Positions 1 to 12,986 of a stretch of DNA of 64,000 bases are shown piece after piece. The position numbers were made by a program, and so were the translations under genes. Source of the stretch: Lingula anatina (lineage: Eukaryota > Animalia > Brachiopoda); NCBI GenBank assembly GCA_051362555.1, contig CM120640.1, positions 38,542,788-38,606,787 of the forward strand, given 5' to 3'. How positions within the stretch are numbered: the first letter of the stretch is position 1; every line of letters starts with the position of its first letter. Under the pieces are notes generated by a model. The model ran no database searches and was not told where the DNA came from. It saw only the letters and a program-made list of their open reading frames with translations.

Positions 1-3000
1 TGAGGCCATTTACTGTGATACATCCATGTGAATAAAATGTTTTGTTAATTAAATACCATTTAATTTATTGTCTATTTTTGTCACTTGTTTTTGAGGTTCA
101 TAATTTTAACTTGCTTTTTACCGAAGTCAGTGATGGGTTGCTCTTACTTTTTTCATTTATTTTTACTTACGTCTTGTTGGCAATATTTAAGACATACATA
201 TGATTTTAAAAAAAAATTACTGTTGAAATATTACTAATTAATAATAACAGTAACTCTTTATAAATCAGTATTAATACTATAGCTAATCTCCAAATAAATT
301 TTATTAAATTCAAGCGCCTATATGTTTTATTTCATTTCCTTACATGGGCCCGGAATGGATTTCCAATTTCAGCATGTGATCCAGAGTTTGCTGATATTGA
401 TCAAAATGATCCTAACTGTGTTGTACTGGGAGACGCTGCCAAATATTTCACATTTGAAAAGGTCAATAAAGCCTTTCAAATCTTGATGTCACTGGAAAAG
501 CCAATATTGTTCTCTATGGGGCAGGGGTAATGCTACAACCTTATTCTTTATTTTAATCAATCACTTTATTTAAACATTGATTTTTTTTTTTTTTTTTTTT
601 GTTTGTAAGAAATGTTGTTTCACAGTAACTTATAAAGTGGAGGATAATATAATTATGTATCTTTTTAAATATTTAAAAAGTATTGAGTGGAATATTTTAC
701 TAAATTCTGATTAATTCAATGATGTCAGTTTCCATAATATTCACATTTATGGATGTTTTGTTAATTCAGTAATTGACTTTTTACATATTTTTACGAATCC
801 CAAGGAATTGTGGGTAGAATTAAAGAGGGTTAAGAAAGCAGGGTGTGCTTAAATCGGGAACATATACTCTTTAATCTTATTTATTATTAATTTATGTTAT
901 AGGAAATACTACAAAGAAGCAGGTGGCTTGAAACTGGATGTTGGAGCATATATGAAGGCTTTAGAGGTAAATTCAGTTATAATAGCGGAATTAGATATCA
1001 AACAATACATTCCATGCTTTAGGTTAGGCAAGGTCTGATTCATAATTAGTTGTGTGTTTCTATTTTACAGCATGCCCATTGGAAATTTAGCTTTGTGGTC
1101 TCACTTTTTTGTAATTTTTCATTTTTTGAGCTACTACAGCATTTTCCTTACAGTATGCCTGTGATGTTAAAGCCGAGATAGTAGGGAAACCATCACCATC
1201 ATTTTTTAATGCAGTGCTAAAAGACATGGGTGTAGATGCATCCAATGTAAGTATAGAAAATGGTGGTCATTTTTGTTTAGAAGCCTAATTGTTATTAATG
1301 ATTTTTTTCTTGTGATATTAACTTTTATGTTCATTTTCACAATTGTGGGAATTTTGTTAATTTTAATTAAAAGTTATTGTACACACTTGTGCGTGCGTGC
1401 ACATACACTACACAAACACTCACCAAGATGACTTGGCCCTCTTTGATGTAGGGTGCATTATTGTACCACCAGCGTAGGCGCTGGCGGTACACATGGTTTT
1501 AGTCCCAACCCGTATGTTCCGCCGGCTCCTGCGGCTCTGCCGGCTCCTGCGGCTCCGCCGCCAAGTCACCGTTACCGCTTCTCCTCCTAGACGGTAAGGG
1601 CCTCCATACCCATCTCTTGGATTTAGGTCACCTATAATCTCAACTCGTTCCACGTAAAATTTGGGCTTTGTTGGTATTGGGGTCTAGGTGTGGCACTCAT
1701 TGCAATGCACCCTTGTCCAAAAATGGCAAAATTAAATGCTAATTATCTCCCCTACGGAAGGAATTATGGGAAAAATTTCTACAGACAGCTTTCCAAAAGT
1801 CATATGTGTAGATTTCAAATATGCCCTTGGATTTGACCTTTGACCTTTATTTCAAGGTCAAACGGGCCAAAATTTTCAAAAAAACAAAATTTTTGCCAAA
1901 AAAAAAAAAATTATTTGCGCTGTTTTTCAGACACCACACAGACTTAACTAATAATATTAATGGAAAGTGTTACCCTTCGGGTCATCTTTCATCTCCTTGA
2001 ATTTGGGGTCAATCGGTGCATTTTCACAGGAGTAGCGGCCATAAGATATCGAAACTGAAAACTGTCTCTAATTCGGGAACCGTTAATGCTAGACACCCAT
2101 TCTTTTTTGCATTTTGTAGAGCATGTAAAGCCCAACACTGGAGGTGGTCTCTGTTTTTTTGTATTCCATACGGTTTTCGAGTTACGCTGTATCAAAAAGT
2201 ACATATTGGTGGTGAAAGCAAAATGTGCAGTACGGTAATGGATAATAAATTTTGAACTCCGGAAAAATAAAACATAAGGCTTGGCAAAGCAGACAACTTG
2301 TGGTCAAAAATGACATTATTTCATCAAATTTGAACATCTGGAACTTCAGAGCACCTCCCATTTCAAGAATTTTGACCAAAATTACCTTTTCTTTATTTTA
2401 ATTAATTTTTTCTGTAGGAAATTTATGGCACATTATGGCAACTCCAAAATTATAACATTTAGTCCCTTATATCTCCAAAACTGGCAGAGATAGGTCCATA
2501 GTTACTATTGAAGTTGAATAGGAAGTCATATACTGGCAATCTAAATGTGACCTTAAAATTGACCTTTAACCTACTTTTCACCAAGAACTGAACTTTGCAA
2601 ATTTTGCTTCCCTTTTATCTCCAAAGTTACACTGTATCAAAAAGTACATATTGGGGATGAAAGCAAATTGTGCAGTACGGTAATGGATAATAAATTTTGA
2701 ACTCCGGAAAAATAAAACATAAGGCTTGGCAAAGCAGACAACTTGTGGTCAAAAATGACATTATTTCATCAAATTTGAACATCTGGAACTTCAGAGCACC
2801 TCCCATTTCAAGAATTTTGACCAAAATGACCTTTTCTTTATTTTAATTAATTTTTTCTGTAGGAAATTTATGGCACATTATGGCAACTCCAAAATTATAC
2901 CATTTAGTCCCTTATATCTCCAAAACTGGCAGAGATAGGTCCATAGTTACTATTGAAGTTGAATAGGAAGTCATATACTGGCAATCTAAATGTGACCTTA

Positions 3001-3841
3001 AAATTGACCTTTGACCTACTTTTCACCATGAACTGAACTTTGCAAATTTTGCTTCCCTTTTATCTCCAAAACTGGCAGAGATAGGTCCATAGTCTCTATT
3101 GAACTTGAATAGGAAGTCATATACTGGCAATTTACTGTGACCTTGGAATTGACCTTTGACCTACCTTAGGATGAACTTAACTTTGATTGTACCATTTTTA
3201 GTTATATATATATATATATTTTGCATATTTTGAAAATTCTTGTTGATTGCATTTTTACAGCTTGTCAAGCACAAGACTGGTGGCTGTGTTCCTTATTTTG
3301 TGTATGTGGGGGTCTATACGAATGCGCTTGCTCCAGCTGGTGGTACAATATCCGGAGGCGGTATCGCCTCTCTGATCCTCTAGTTTTATTCCGATATGAT
3401 ATTTCTAGGCTGTTATGATAGGTGATGATATAGTGAATGATGTTGGAGGTGCCCAGGCCTGTGGTATGAAAGGAATTCAAGTGCGAACAGGAAAGTTCAG
3501 GTAAGTATTACATAACCTGGGCAGTGCATGGTTAAAACATTTTTGTAAGTCCAGAATGTTATCATAATATGCCAAGTTATTGAAATTCAAAACTTATTTT
3601 GAATTGTATCTACCTTTTCCAAATTGGAAACCTTCTTACATGAATACACATGAAAATATTTTGCCATTAAATGCAGCAAAATGTAAAGAAGTGAGAAATA
3701 AACCATCCTCTGCCCAGATATGTTATAAACTCTTGTATTTTTTTTCACAGGCCCTCTGATGAAAATCACCCCACAGTTAAGCCAGATAGTTATGTTGACA
3801 ACCTAGCAGCAGGAGTGGATCTTTTACTTCAAAATAGATAG
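1..3841 (+). CDS. LHPP: Phospholysine phosphohistidine inorganic pyrophosphate phosphatase (HAD-IIA), 5'-partial. Exons 1-27, 373-526, 903-966, 1154-1246, 3409-3500, 3751-3841 (TAG).
   Basis: GT-AG exons join in frame: ..[130 protein letters not shown]. This matches vertebrate LHPP (GKPS, MIGDD, RTGKFRPSDE motifs). Confidence 0.95.
1460..3385 (+). mobile_element. Non-autonomous Helentron-like element (HINE/DINE-1 type), copy 1, in an LHPP intron
   Basis: 5' subterminal repeat ATTGTACCACCAGC sits in a hairpin (TGTACCACCAGCG-tagg-CGCTGGCGGTACA), followed by a GC-rich microsatellite and internal 146-bp monomers. The 3' end has subTIR GCTGGTGGTACAAT, palindrome GAGGCG-gtat-CGCCTC and terminal CTAGTT in a T-run. 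No TSD. Near-identical inverted copy at 52752-57444. Confidence 0.85.
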
Positions 3842-4960
3842 AACATTCCTTGTTTAGAGCTTGTGCATTTGAAATTAGTTTTATCGCATGGAAAGAATAT
3901 AAACTCATAGGGGAATTGTTCAGAGAATTGTAGTGGCTTATGCTTTAAAGACCTGTTACAATATACCTGCATATTTGGTTTTGTTAAGGGGACATGTTGT
4001 GCAGTTTGCATAGAGACAATTTACCAAGGATATGCTCATTTGCCAATAAAAATGACAGTATGACAATGGAGAGGAAAAACAACATTGTGGGCATTTTATG
4101 AAATAACTGCAATTGAATTTCTTATTTTATTTTATTTTTTTTTTGCTTTTAAAATACTTTACTTCCTTCCAGATCGAAATAAACCTTTTTATGAATAATG
4201 TTGTACACTAATGGACATTGTTTAATGAAACAAGTTTAATAAGGTTCAGCCCAAACAGAACTTGCATTGATATTTACATCAGCCTGTATGGACATATTTC
4301 CAACAAAACTTTAAGCTTCTTGATAGAATATATGGCATTTATTTACTACTAATTTTGTACATACAGTAGTTCTAAAGCAAACTTTCAATATTTTGAATTT
4401 GACGTATGTTCAGACGTAATGCACAGTATTAATCTCAAACATAAACCAAGCTTGAAACAAAACTTTTAAGACCCTGTCACCTCAGCTGAGGATACTACCA
4501 TTATTGCTTTTACTTATCAACTGGTGTACTCCTCTCTGATATCAGAAATATTTACATAAGAAATATCATAAAGTTTTTATATTTAATAACATGATTGAAG
4601 TCTACTTGCTCCACTGGATGGATTTAAATAGGCACTTTTAGAAACGCCAGGCTCACCAGATTCACCTAAAATTTAACTTTATAATTTGAAGGTATTTGAA
4701 AACAGAAAAAGGTGTATGAATAAGGTGTATGATCTACAACGAACATTTTGCATCAGCCATGTTAACAGATTATTTTTAAGTCTTGTTATCTATCCAACTG
4801 CTGATTGCATTATAACGCTATCAAAACTTGATGGAAAAGTCTACTTTCTTTTTTTAACAATGGGTACATTTGATTGTGTTTGGGCGTCAATATCAAGACT
4901 TTACAAATATAGAATTCACAAGAAAAATTTGAGCATAAAAGAGGACCGTCTGAATGTGGA

Positions 4961-7900
4961 CTAGCGTATCGTCTGTGACATATGAAGTGGATTCAACATG
5001 AGTTCTAATGATGCTCCTTTCAAGTTGGCACCACGCAGGTTAGCCTCTTGTAAATCACAACCAGAGAGGTCACAGTTCTGGAATAATGAAACATAATGAC
5101 TTAACATCATCTCAATAATAACTACATACATAAATCAATAAAATGAATCAAAATTTATGAATTTAACATGAAATTTAGTCAACTCTACATAATTTATGTG
5201 CACATCTGTAATTTTGAAAATATGCTGTATTCATTAATAAATGCTTTTAAAAACTTAAATTTATGATTTAAATAACAATTGGCCAAGGCTAAATGCATTC
5301 AATCCTCTTACTTCCAGATCAGCTCCAGCCAACACTGCAGCCCTCAGATCACAGTTCTTTAAATTGCTGTTCTTTAATGTGGCAACTCGGAGATTAACAC
5401 CAGCCATGTGGCTGCCTTCTAAATTCACATTCTTCATATTGGCACCTAAACAGATCAATGAATTCAAAAGCTTTTAGGGGCAATGTTACTTTGTGCAATT
5501 TCATTGTTATCATATAAATTTTGATTTGTAAGTGTGAACTGTGTAAAATTTGTACTATGAATGACCCTCTTGCCTTCAAAGGATATTTAAAGCAGGTAAA
5601 ACCATAATTATAATAGTTATATGTATAATACAGAAACGCCAGTAGGACTACAAACCTTCCATATTAGCTCTACTGCCAGCAGGGTCTTCAAAATTACAAC
5701 CTTTCATTAATGCACCTTCCAAACATGCACACATGAACTTTGCTCCAAGCAATATAGCACCCTACAAAAAATGATTTGAAAATCTTAATCAGTCGTGATT
5801 AACAAACAAGAGTTAAACAGAATCAATCCAGCTTTAAGACAATAAAATACAAAATGTTTCTTTTCAATGCTAACTAAAATGTCATTTTGCCTACAAATGT
5901 CACTAAAATTACAATTCATCAAAATTTTAGTCTCACTGAAAAAAAATTCTCATATGAGTTCATGTCAGTAAAACTTACATCAAGTATTGCATGTGAAAGA
6001 TCTGCTCTCTCAAAGTTACACTGGGATAGATTGGCCCCACTCAAATTTGTTCCTTTAAGAATGGCATATCTGAAATTAATGTGTCTCAGATCTAGCTTGG
6101 ACAGGTCTGCTCCTGTGAAATTAAGACCCTGTAAATAACATCATATAGACTAGTTTATATTTTAAAACTTTATAAAGTGATCTTAACTGATAATTATTGT
6201 ACCAATTTCACATGAAAAAGTTTTCAAATAATCAGTTCCTCTTTGTCAAATGACCCGAAAAATCTTTATCTGCTTAGAAACATGTACTTAACTTTATGCA
6301 GCATAAATAATTTTTCACAAGAATATGAAAACCTTACAATACCATTTTCTGAAAACTGAAAATAAAAAACTCACCTGACACCTCAGATCAGTGGTAGTAT
6401 TTGTAGACATTAGTGAAAATACAAATTCTCTTCTGGAAATTGGAGTAAAATCTTCAGCTGGCTGTTGTTTCTATTGAAAATGAAAAGCAATTCATTGTTA
6501 GGATTTTAGCAAATTAACTATAGAGGCATCTACAAACTGTCATGGTATTTTAATTGGTTTGTTTTAGAAGTTTTAATTCCAATATTCAAATACTGAGAAG
6601 ACTGTGTAGCAAAGTCTCAAAGTTCTATTTTTTTTACCAAGTAATTGTTTTTACAGGTTCCAATTTTACATCATTGCAAACAGTGCAGTCTTACTTAATC
6701 GTGATTATAGGCAGTTGTTAAATTAGATACCAAGATTCCACTTTTAACAGTGAAGGAATAAGATCTCTGGTGATACCCACCCTGACAATAGCCTCGAGTT
6801 GTTCTACCAGTGATGTGATTCCAAAAAACTTGCACTCTTCTAAAACACCTGAAATTTACATAAACCAGCATTTACCTTACCTTTGACCTGTTCAAATTAG
6901 TTTTTGTGAGAACTGTTCTCTTTAATTTGTTTAAAAAAGTCAATCACTGTTTTTTAGAGTAATTTTTTTTACTCTTTCACTTAGCAAAGGTAAAATGAAC
7001 AAAACATGTAAATAATAACATAAAGTTATGGTCAACAAATTGTAGAACATGCTACAGATGTTTGATATTTGTTCAGCTTTCCATCAAGGTTGCATGAGCC
7101 AACCTTTCACAGACAAAATCAGACATTTCATGTTAGACAAATTAAAAATTTAAATACTCTCCTACATAAATTCACAAAATGCCCTTTAATGATTATCAAT
7201 CTTTCCTAATACCCATGGGCGTCTCATCCACTAACCTTGAGGATTGATGTTTTTATCTAAAATCAGTTGCCCATGTCTGAGATAGTTGAGTATTGGTTCA
7301 AAGTAGATAGGACTTCTGTCAATGAGATATGCCCCATGTTCATCTACACTGCTCTGCCATGATGATGCTGTAATACATACCATAAATATAATTATCTTTA
7401 ATAGCTCATATCCAAAATGACAATTTCAAAAAGAGCCAAAGTATGAAAGTTGTTGCAATGATTTTTGCTGATGATTGCTTTGTGATGTCAAAGAGCCTGC
7501 ATATCCAAAGTTATGACTCAAAACTTGCAGCATTTATAAAGCAACATCAAAGCATGATTTATTTTCTTTTTCAAAGTTCAACGCAAACAGTATATAATTA
7601 CAAACCTCCTTCATCAGCAAACATCCTGGCAAGCATGCTGTCAGTTTCTTTTCCTGTGAGCGTACTTCTGGTGGTAGTGAATAGCCTGCCCCCTACATTC
7701 AGTGTGATCCAATTATCACTACTGCCAACTTTCAAACTTGTATGCATCGAGTCCCCATCACTGGGAGTCCACTGCACTCTCTTGTTCAGTTCTGAATTTT
7801 TTTCATAAAATGTTAATACAGATACATCAATTCAGTGAATAATAATTCAGTGAATTTCACCATCTTATTATAACCATCCTGAGTTAATAGATTAATGGGA

Positions 7901-9399
7901 ACTAGCTGTTATCATCACCATGTTCTGCAGTTTCCAAGGACAGGTATGGCAAACTATGCACATTTTCAAACATTTTTGGTTCGGACTTAAATCTAAACCA
8001 TAAATATTTTGAAAATAAATCTCTGATTAACTTATAGTCTTAGTGAGTGTAAGTGGGTTAAAATAAAACATGACTCAACTGATCCATTCAATTTTCATGA
8101 CGCCACTCTATAAACGCAACTGGTCTTTTTTTTTTTAATTGGGACAGTGTTTGCAAATTTGATAACAGATCTTTACCTATAAATGGTTCTCCAGGTGACA
8201 CGTACATGATATCTTCATCCCTTTAGAAGACAAAGAAAAGTGGCTAGTATTATATATGTTTATCTACTACACTTAATAAAATTTATTAATATTAATTTAG
8301 ACTTTTTTGCATAAAATAAAGCCTATATGTTTTACTACCCAAGAAAAAGTCAATACACAAGCCGTTATGGAAATTGTGTTTTAAACATTTAAAAAACAAA
8401 CATTTTAAAGGACAATACACTGGAAGTGCCATTTCTACATGATCATGTTACTTAAAAGTTGTTAAATTTGTAGCATGTTACACTGCCTCTAAAACCATTC
8501 AATCATTTACACTTTTCTGATAAAACATCTTTTAACCTGATTAGCTTGATGTCATCCACTAGTCCTCCTTGAGGTGTATATAACTTCTTAACTTCAAACC
8601 CAACTTTCCTTCCTGCTTCCTGAAGCACCTCCTCTAGACTATGTGTTACTGCTATAACCTAAAATATGTGAATTATAAAATGTTTTATTGATGAAAACTT
8701 TCATGTAAATACATGCAGGGACTTTTAAAATAAAAAACACACCTTCCCAGGACTTTAAAGTGACAATTCTTCTAACTGCTGTTCAACAATGAGTGGAGTA
8801 ACAAGTTGCCTCAGTTTGCAGCCTTACGCGCTAATGGTACCCTTACTGCAATAAGGCTACCATTAGCACGTTTCACTGAAAACTGAGGCAAAGTAACACA
8901 TCAGTAATATCACAACATTTTTCTAGGGAGAGTAACAATGCAGGAAACTGATCATGATGTTGTGCGGGAGTGGGATAATGTGGACATAAAGAAACTATCC
9001 CCTTATTTGGACTGCAGTTTGACTACGTCTACATATTTTAATTTGATCAAATTTGATTGTCCGTGAAATAGTAAGATACATGTACAGTACTGATACTGAT
9101 AGTGCATTGCTGTTATATTAACAGTATAATCGTAAAATACAATTTTACCAGCGATTTCACACACACAAACGCACACACACAAACAAACACACACATAATT
9201 ATCATCAAACACCATGTAGAGCTTGGACCCATTATAGATCGAAGGTTAAAGGAATCAAATTATGTTCCAAAACAAAGATGCACAGTTGCTAATTCTATTT
9301 TACTCCACGTTTTAACGTTAAAACAACACCACCAGACAGATTCATACTCACCTTTCCGTCTACATTGGAACCATTTCTAAATATCACTATTCTCTTCAT
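4961..9399 (-). CDS. KCTD9: BTB/POZ domain protein KCTD9 (KHA + BTB + pentapeptide repeats). Exons 9352-9399, 8537-8658, 8177-8220, 7606-7791, 7236-7367, 6781-6848, 6375-6470, 5979-6128, 5656-5761, 5312-5445, 4961-5077.
   Basis: 11 GT-AG exons in frame: [38 protein letters not shown]; [44 protein letters not shown]; pentapeptide repeats ..[63 protein letters not shown]. Matches human KCTD9 termini. Confidence 0.96.
8806..8892. mobile_element. Small palindromic MITE-like element (family copy 1)
   Basis: TTGCCTCAGTT...AACTGAGGCAA inverted ends with internal arms GCTAATGGTA/TACCATTAGC. A related copy lies at 59754-59838. Confidence 0.6.
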
Positions 9400-9497
9400 C
9401 GTATCACTGGCCCTCTCAAAGGCAGAGTTAATAGTTAGTAACTACATTACTTGTGTACAGTTAAAAATGGAATCAAAGTCACTCTGGAGTTAACGCA

Positions 9498-9507
9498 CTA
9501 TTTATAG
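9498..9507 (-). promoter_or_regulatory. Candidate TATA-box / MEF2-type site upstream of KCTD9
   Basis: CTATAAATAG on the minus strand about 100 bp upstream of the KCTD9 ATG. Fits both TATAAA and YTAWWWWTAR. Motif match only. Confidence 0.35.
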
Positions 9508-10220
9508 TCTCCGGAAATAGCATTGAAGGGGAAGGTCGTTCTGAATGCGCTAGGTGAGAAAGTTGAGATTGCGCTGTGCGGTGCCAGGAACTGATCAGCA
9601 CATATCAGGTCCAATCCTTCGCGCACCCGAGTCAGTGCAAGCAAGGTCAATAACATAAAGGCTAATAACAGCACAGAAGATAATGGCCATTTTCTTTTTT
9701 CAGTATTTAATTTTTTTTTTAAATTCAGAGTTAAACTATTTATTGGCCTATGGTTTCATTTTTAGCCTACTTTTAGTCACTGTACTTATTAAGGCGTATT
9801 TGCATGATATAGCACTTGCCAGATAGGTCGCGATCGGGAAAACGACAGAAAATGACAGTAGTTTTTTATATTTTACAATGAACGTTGTTGGTGTTTTGTA
9901 TAATTGATGCATTTTATATTTGCAAAAATAAATGGGAACAAATTATCCATTTTTCCTGTTTTTACATTTAAAGTAAGACATTTTCCACCTTACAGGTGCA
10001 TGAATCTCCCCCCCCCCCCAAAAAAAAATCATTTTGGCGGTCTTTCACAGCTATAACGAAGTGATATTTAATTGATATGCCTGTAAATTTCAGATCACTC
10101 GATCCGTAAGCTCAAGTTACATGCTGGACTAGCTATACTAGTCTATGATAGGCTATGTAGGCCTACTAATAGAACGAATGACCATAGTTAGCTGAAAATG
10201 ACGAGTCTTATAATCCAAAC

Positions 10221-10337
10221 AGTAGCACGAAAATTCATGCGCTAGCACTCCTATTGACGATTCTGATATGTAGCCTACTGTCTGCTAGTACATATCGGAA
10301 TTGTCAATAGGAGTGCTAACGCATAAATTTTCGTGCT
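10221..10337. mobile_element. Hairpin MITE flanked by an 8-bp direct repeat (hAT-like TSD length)
   Basis: ~50-bp arms TAGCACGAAAATTCATGCGCTAGCACTCCTATTGAC.. / ..GTCAATAGGAGTGCTAACGCATAAATTTTCGTGCT, flanked by ATCCAAAC at 10213-10220 and 10338-10345. Confidence 0.7.
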
Positions 10338-12744
10338 ATCCAAACGGGTGGTAATTTGCCAGGAAGTTAAATCGATCGCGATAAGTGTGTGGGATCGTTT
10401 CTTTTTTTATCATCTTTATTTAGCAGAAGGGCATTTCAAAAAAGTTGCAATTGTTAACCGTGGGTAGAATTGTCTCACTTATTGAACCCCAAAAATGGAC
10501 CTGTTCCCATACGGCAGCGAAGTAGTGCCACATTGAACTTTCCATGATGAAAACAAAGTAGGCCTATATATATATAAAGCAAAACGAACTATGTAATTAT
10601 TCTTGTTGAAAATATATTTTATTGAATAGCATTCAAAGAGTAGGCGTATGTCTGCACGTCATGTGTAAGTATGTAAATGGCAAATAAAAAATAGGGTGTC
10701 TGATTTGGTGAATAGAGGAACCTGTTGGCTAACAAAATGCGTTCGTTTTGCTTGTATGTTTTCAACAAACCCAAATCCCCTCTGGATGATACGGTATGCC
10801 TTATCATCTACCAAAATCTAAATCGAGGCTTCCGTACGGAAATTAGGCGAATTATATATTTTCATGTAAATCAGGTGAGCATTTCGGTGAGAGGTGTTCA
10901 GAGAGGACCGAGGACAGCATGAGATGGAGAAGAAAGAGGCCACATGCCTTTACTACAATTTCTACATGCAGGCCGAAAATGTGGAATTGAAAACGACAGC
11001 AACCTGTTGTAAGTACTGTATAGATAATTGAAGATAATACTGCTTTTTTCAATTTCCAATATTTACCTGAATGGTGCAAATCGCACTTTGGGTACATAGG
11101 CTTAATAAGAATGGGAATTTTGCTTACGTGAATGATAACTGTCCTGAAAATAGACAAAAAGATTGTTATTTAAATAGCTGATTTTTTTGTTTCCGTAGAG
11201 AACGGATTTGCCATCAAAGAATTCGAAGAGAGGAAGCCTTCAAAATGTCTGAACGCGTATTCCGTCTTAAGGCATATTCGAGGAGAGTCACCTAGGCATG
11301 TAATATTTGCTGCTGCATTGAAATAAAGTAATTGATATATGTATCATTATACATAAAATGTTAAATACTAGTATAAGAAGCACGTTTAGCAATTGAACAA
11401 TTTCGTATGCTCGAGCAACTCGTTTCTGCTCAAAATTGTGGCATCATGTAGGCCCAGTTAAGAATTTATCACGAAGAAAACAAAATGATTTAAGACATGA
11501 ACTTACTTGATCTATGAGCAATATAACCATGGATTTTATGAAATTGAATATTTTGGTTACCGTTTGTTTTTATGCGGTGTGCTTGCTTGATAAATAGTAA
11601 GTGCATGCGTGTGGCAGTAACAATTACATAAGGTTATAATATACCGTTATATGCATTTTGAATTTTCGATATCGTTCTCACCACTAAAGTTGGACATATT
11701 TAAATCTGCGATAAATTATTAGAAGAATTCTTTTATATCAACAAAACGATTAATCTTCCTTATTTCTATTAATCGTGGCCAAACCACCCAGAATTTTTGT
11801 TAGAATTTGGTTCGTTTATTATTCGAATTATGTTTATCGTTTGAATGCCTGTTTTCCAAATGCATATAAACATGGATATATTTTAATTAAAACTGTTTGG
11901 TGCTTTGACAAGGTAGTTCCTTTGAGGCGTAGGAGCAAGCCCGTGTGAACGCCATCATCGCCCCCACCTGCTTATACTCATAGACGACTGGTTGCCTTGG
12001 AAATACACAGTTACATTGTATTAGGCAGGGAACCCATGTCTCCTACTGGGTACGTCTTCCACCCCTCACAGATGAGCGACGAGGTGGAAGAGTTGCCTGA
12101 CTTGTTTTCTTATTTCTAAATAACAACCAGTTTTATACGAAAAACGCAAGCAACTCAGATTAAGGAAAACTCAGTTAACGCACATACCGAATAAGAGACT
12201 AGAATATAACAAATAATTTGTGCACTTGATTACCCCTCCCCTCCCCATTCTGGTATGTCTTTTTGGGGAACATAAAACCCAATAGTTTAATATGTATGTG
12301 ATTATGATGGTTCTTATACTTTTTTCAGATGAGACTTGGACTCGAGATGCACGCCGTTTTCTGCTTCAAACTGACAGGTTCCCAACAAACTCTTCCTTTA
12401 AGATGAGTATGCATTATATAGCCTACTACAGCACGCTCTCACAAGCACGAATCAATTGTTCAGTACACAATAGTTGAATATTTAACTCAGAAATTGCCGT
12501 CTCCAGTGAATTGTAGCCTATCTTGTTCTACCTTCTACATTAAAAACAACATATCTGTTTTACATTAAAAAAGAAAATGATACTTGATTGTATTTGTACC
12601 CAAATTATGTATGATGTGTTTGATAAATTACGCATAGGAAACTTGGAGATCTTTTGTCAATGTTAAATACTTAAAAAATAATTAGCAATTAGGTTGCGCC
12701 TTATAAAATATAACGTTTAATAGCAAGTGTAAAGAAGTTATTAA

Positions 12745-12986
12745 TTACCTTCACCAAGGAGGTTATGTTTTCACCCCTGTCTGTCTGTCCGTTTGTTTGT
12801 CATCAATATAACTCAAAAAGTTATGGACTGATTTTGATGAAATTTTCAGGGTAGGTGGGAAATGGGTTAACTTAGAAGCGATTAGTCTTTGATGGTGATC
12901 CAGATCAATAATCAATCAATAATCAAATAATAATCAAAAATCGCTGCCTTGGCGGAGGTCTGCGCTCTCGGAGTGCTTTTCTACTT
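12745..12986 (+). mobile_element. Short non-autonomous Helentron (HINE) of a second family
   Basis: 5' TTACCTTCACCAAGGAGGT, (GTCT/GTTT)n microsatellite, 3' subTIR CCTTGGCGGAGGT, hairpin GCGCTC-tcg-GAGTGC and T-rich end TTTTCTACTT. This is the DINE-1/HINE layout. A more decayed relative follows at about 12996-13195. Confidence 0.75.

Noticed and set aside
1420-3418. Recurrent small ORFs (MVKILE.., MYFLIQ.., MHFH.., MTSYST..) repeated at 53011-56945
   Set aside because: They recur only because the non-coding Helentron sequence is repeated; no Rep/helicase or other motif is present.
12050-12095. Hairpin CTTCCACC..CAGATGAG..GGTGGAAG as a possible hammerhead ribozyme
   Set aside because: The core is CAGATGA rather than CTGATGA, and there is no GAAA or third stem.
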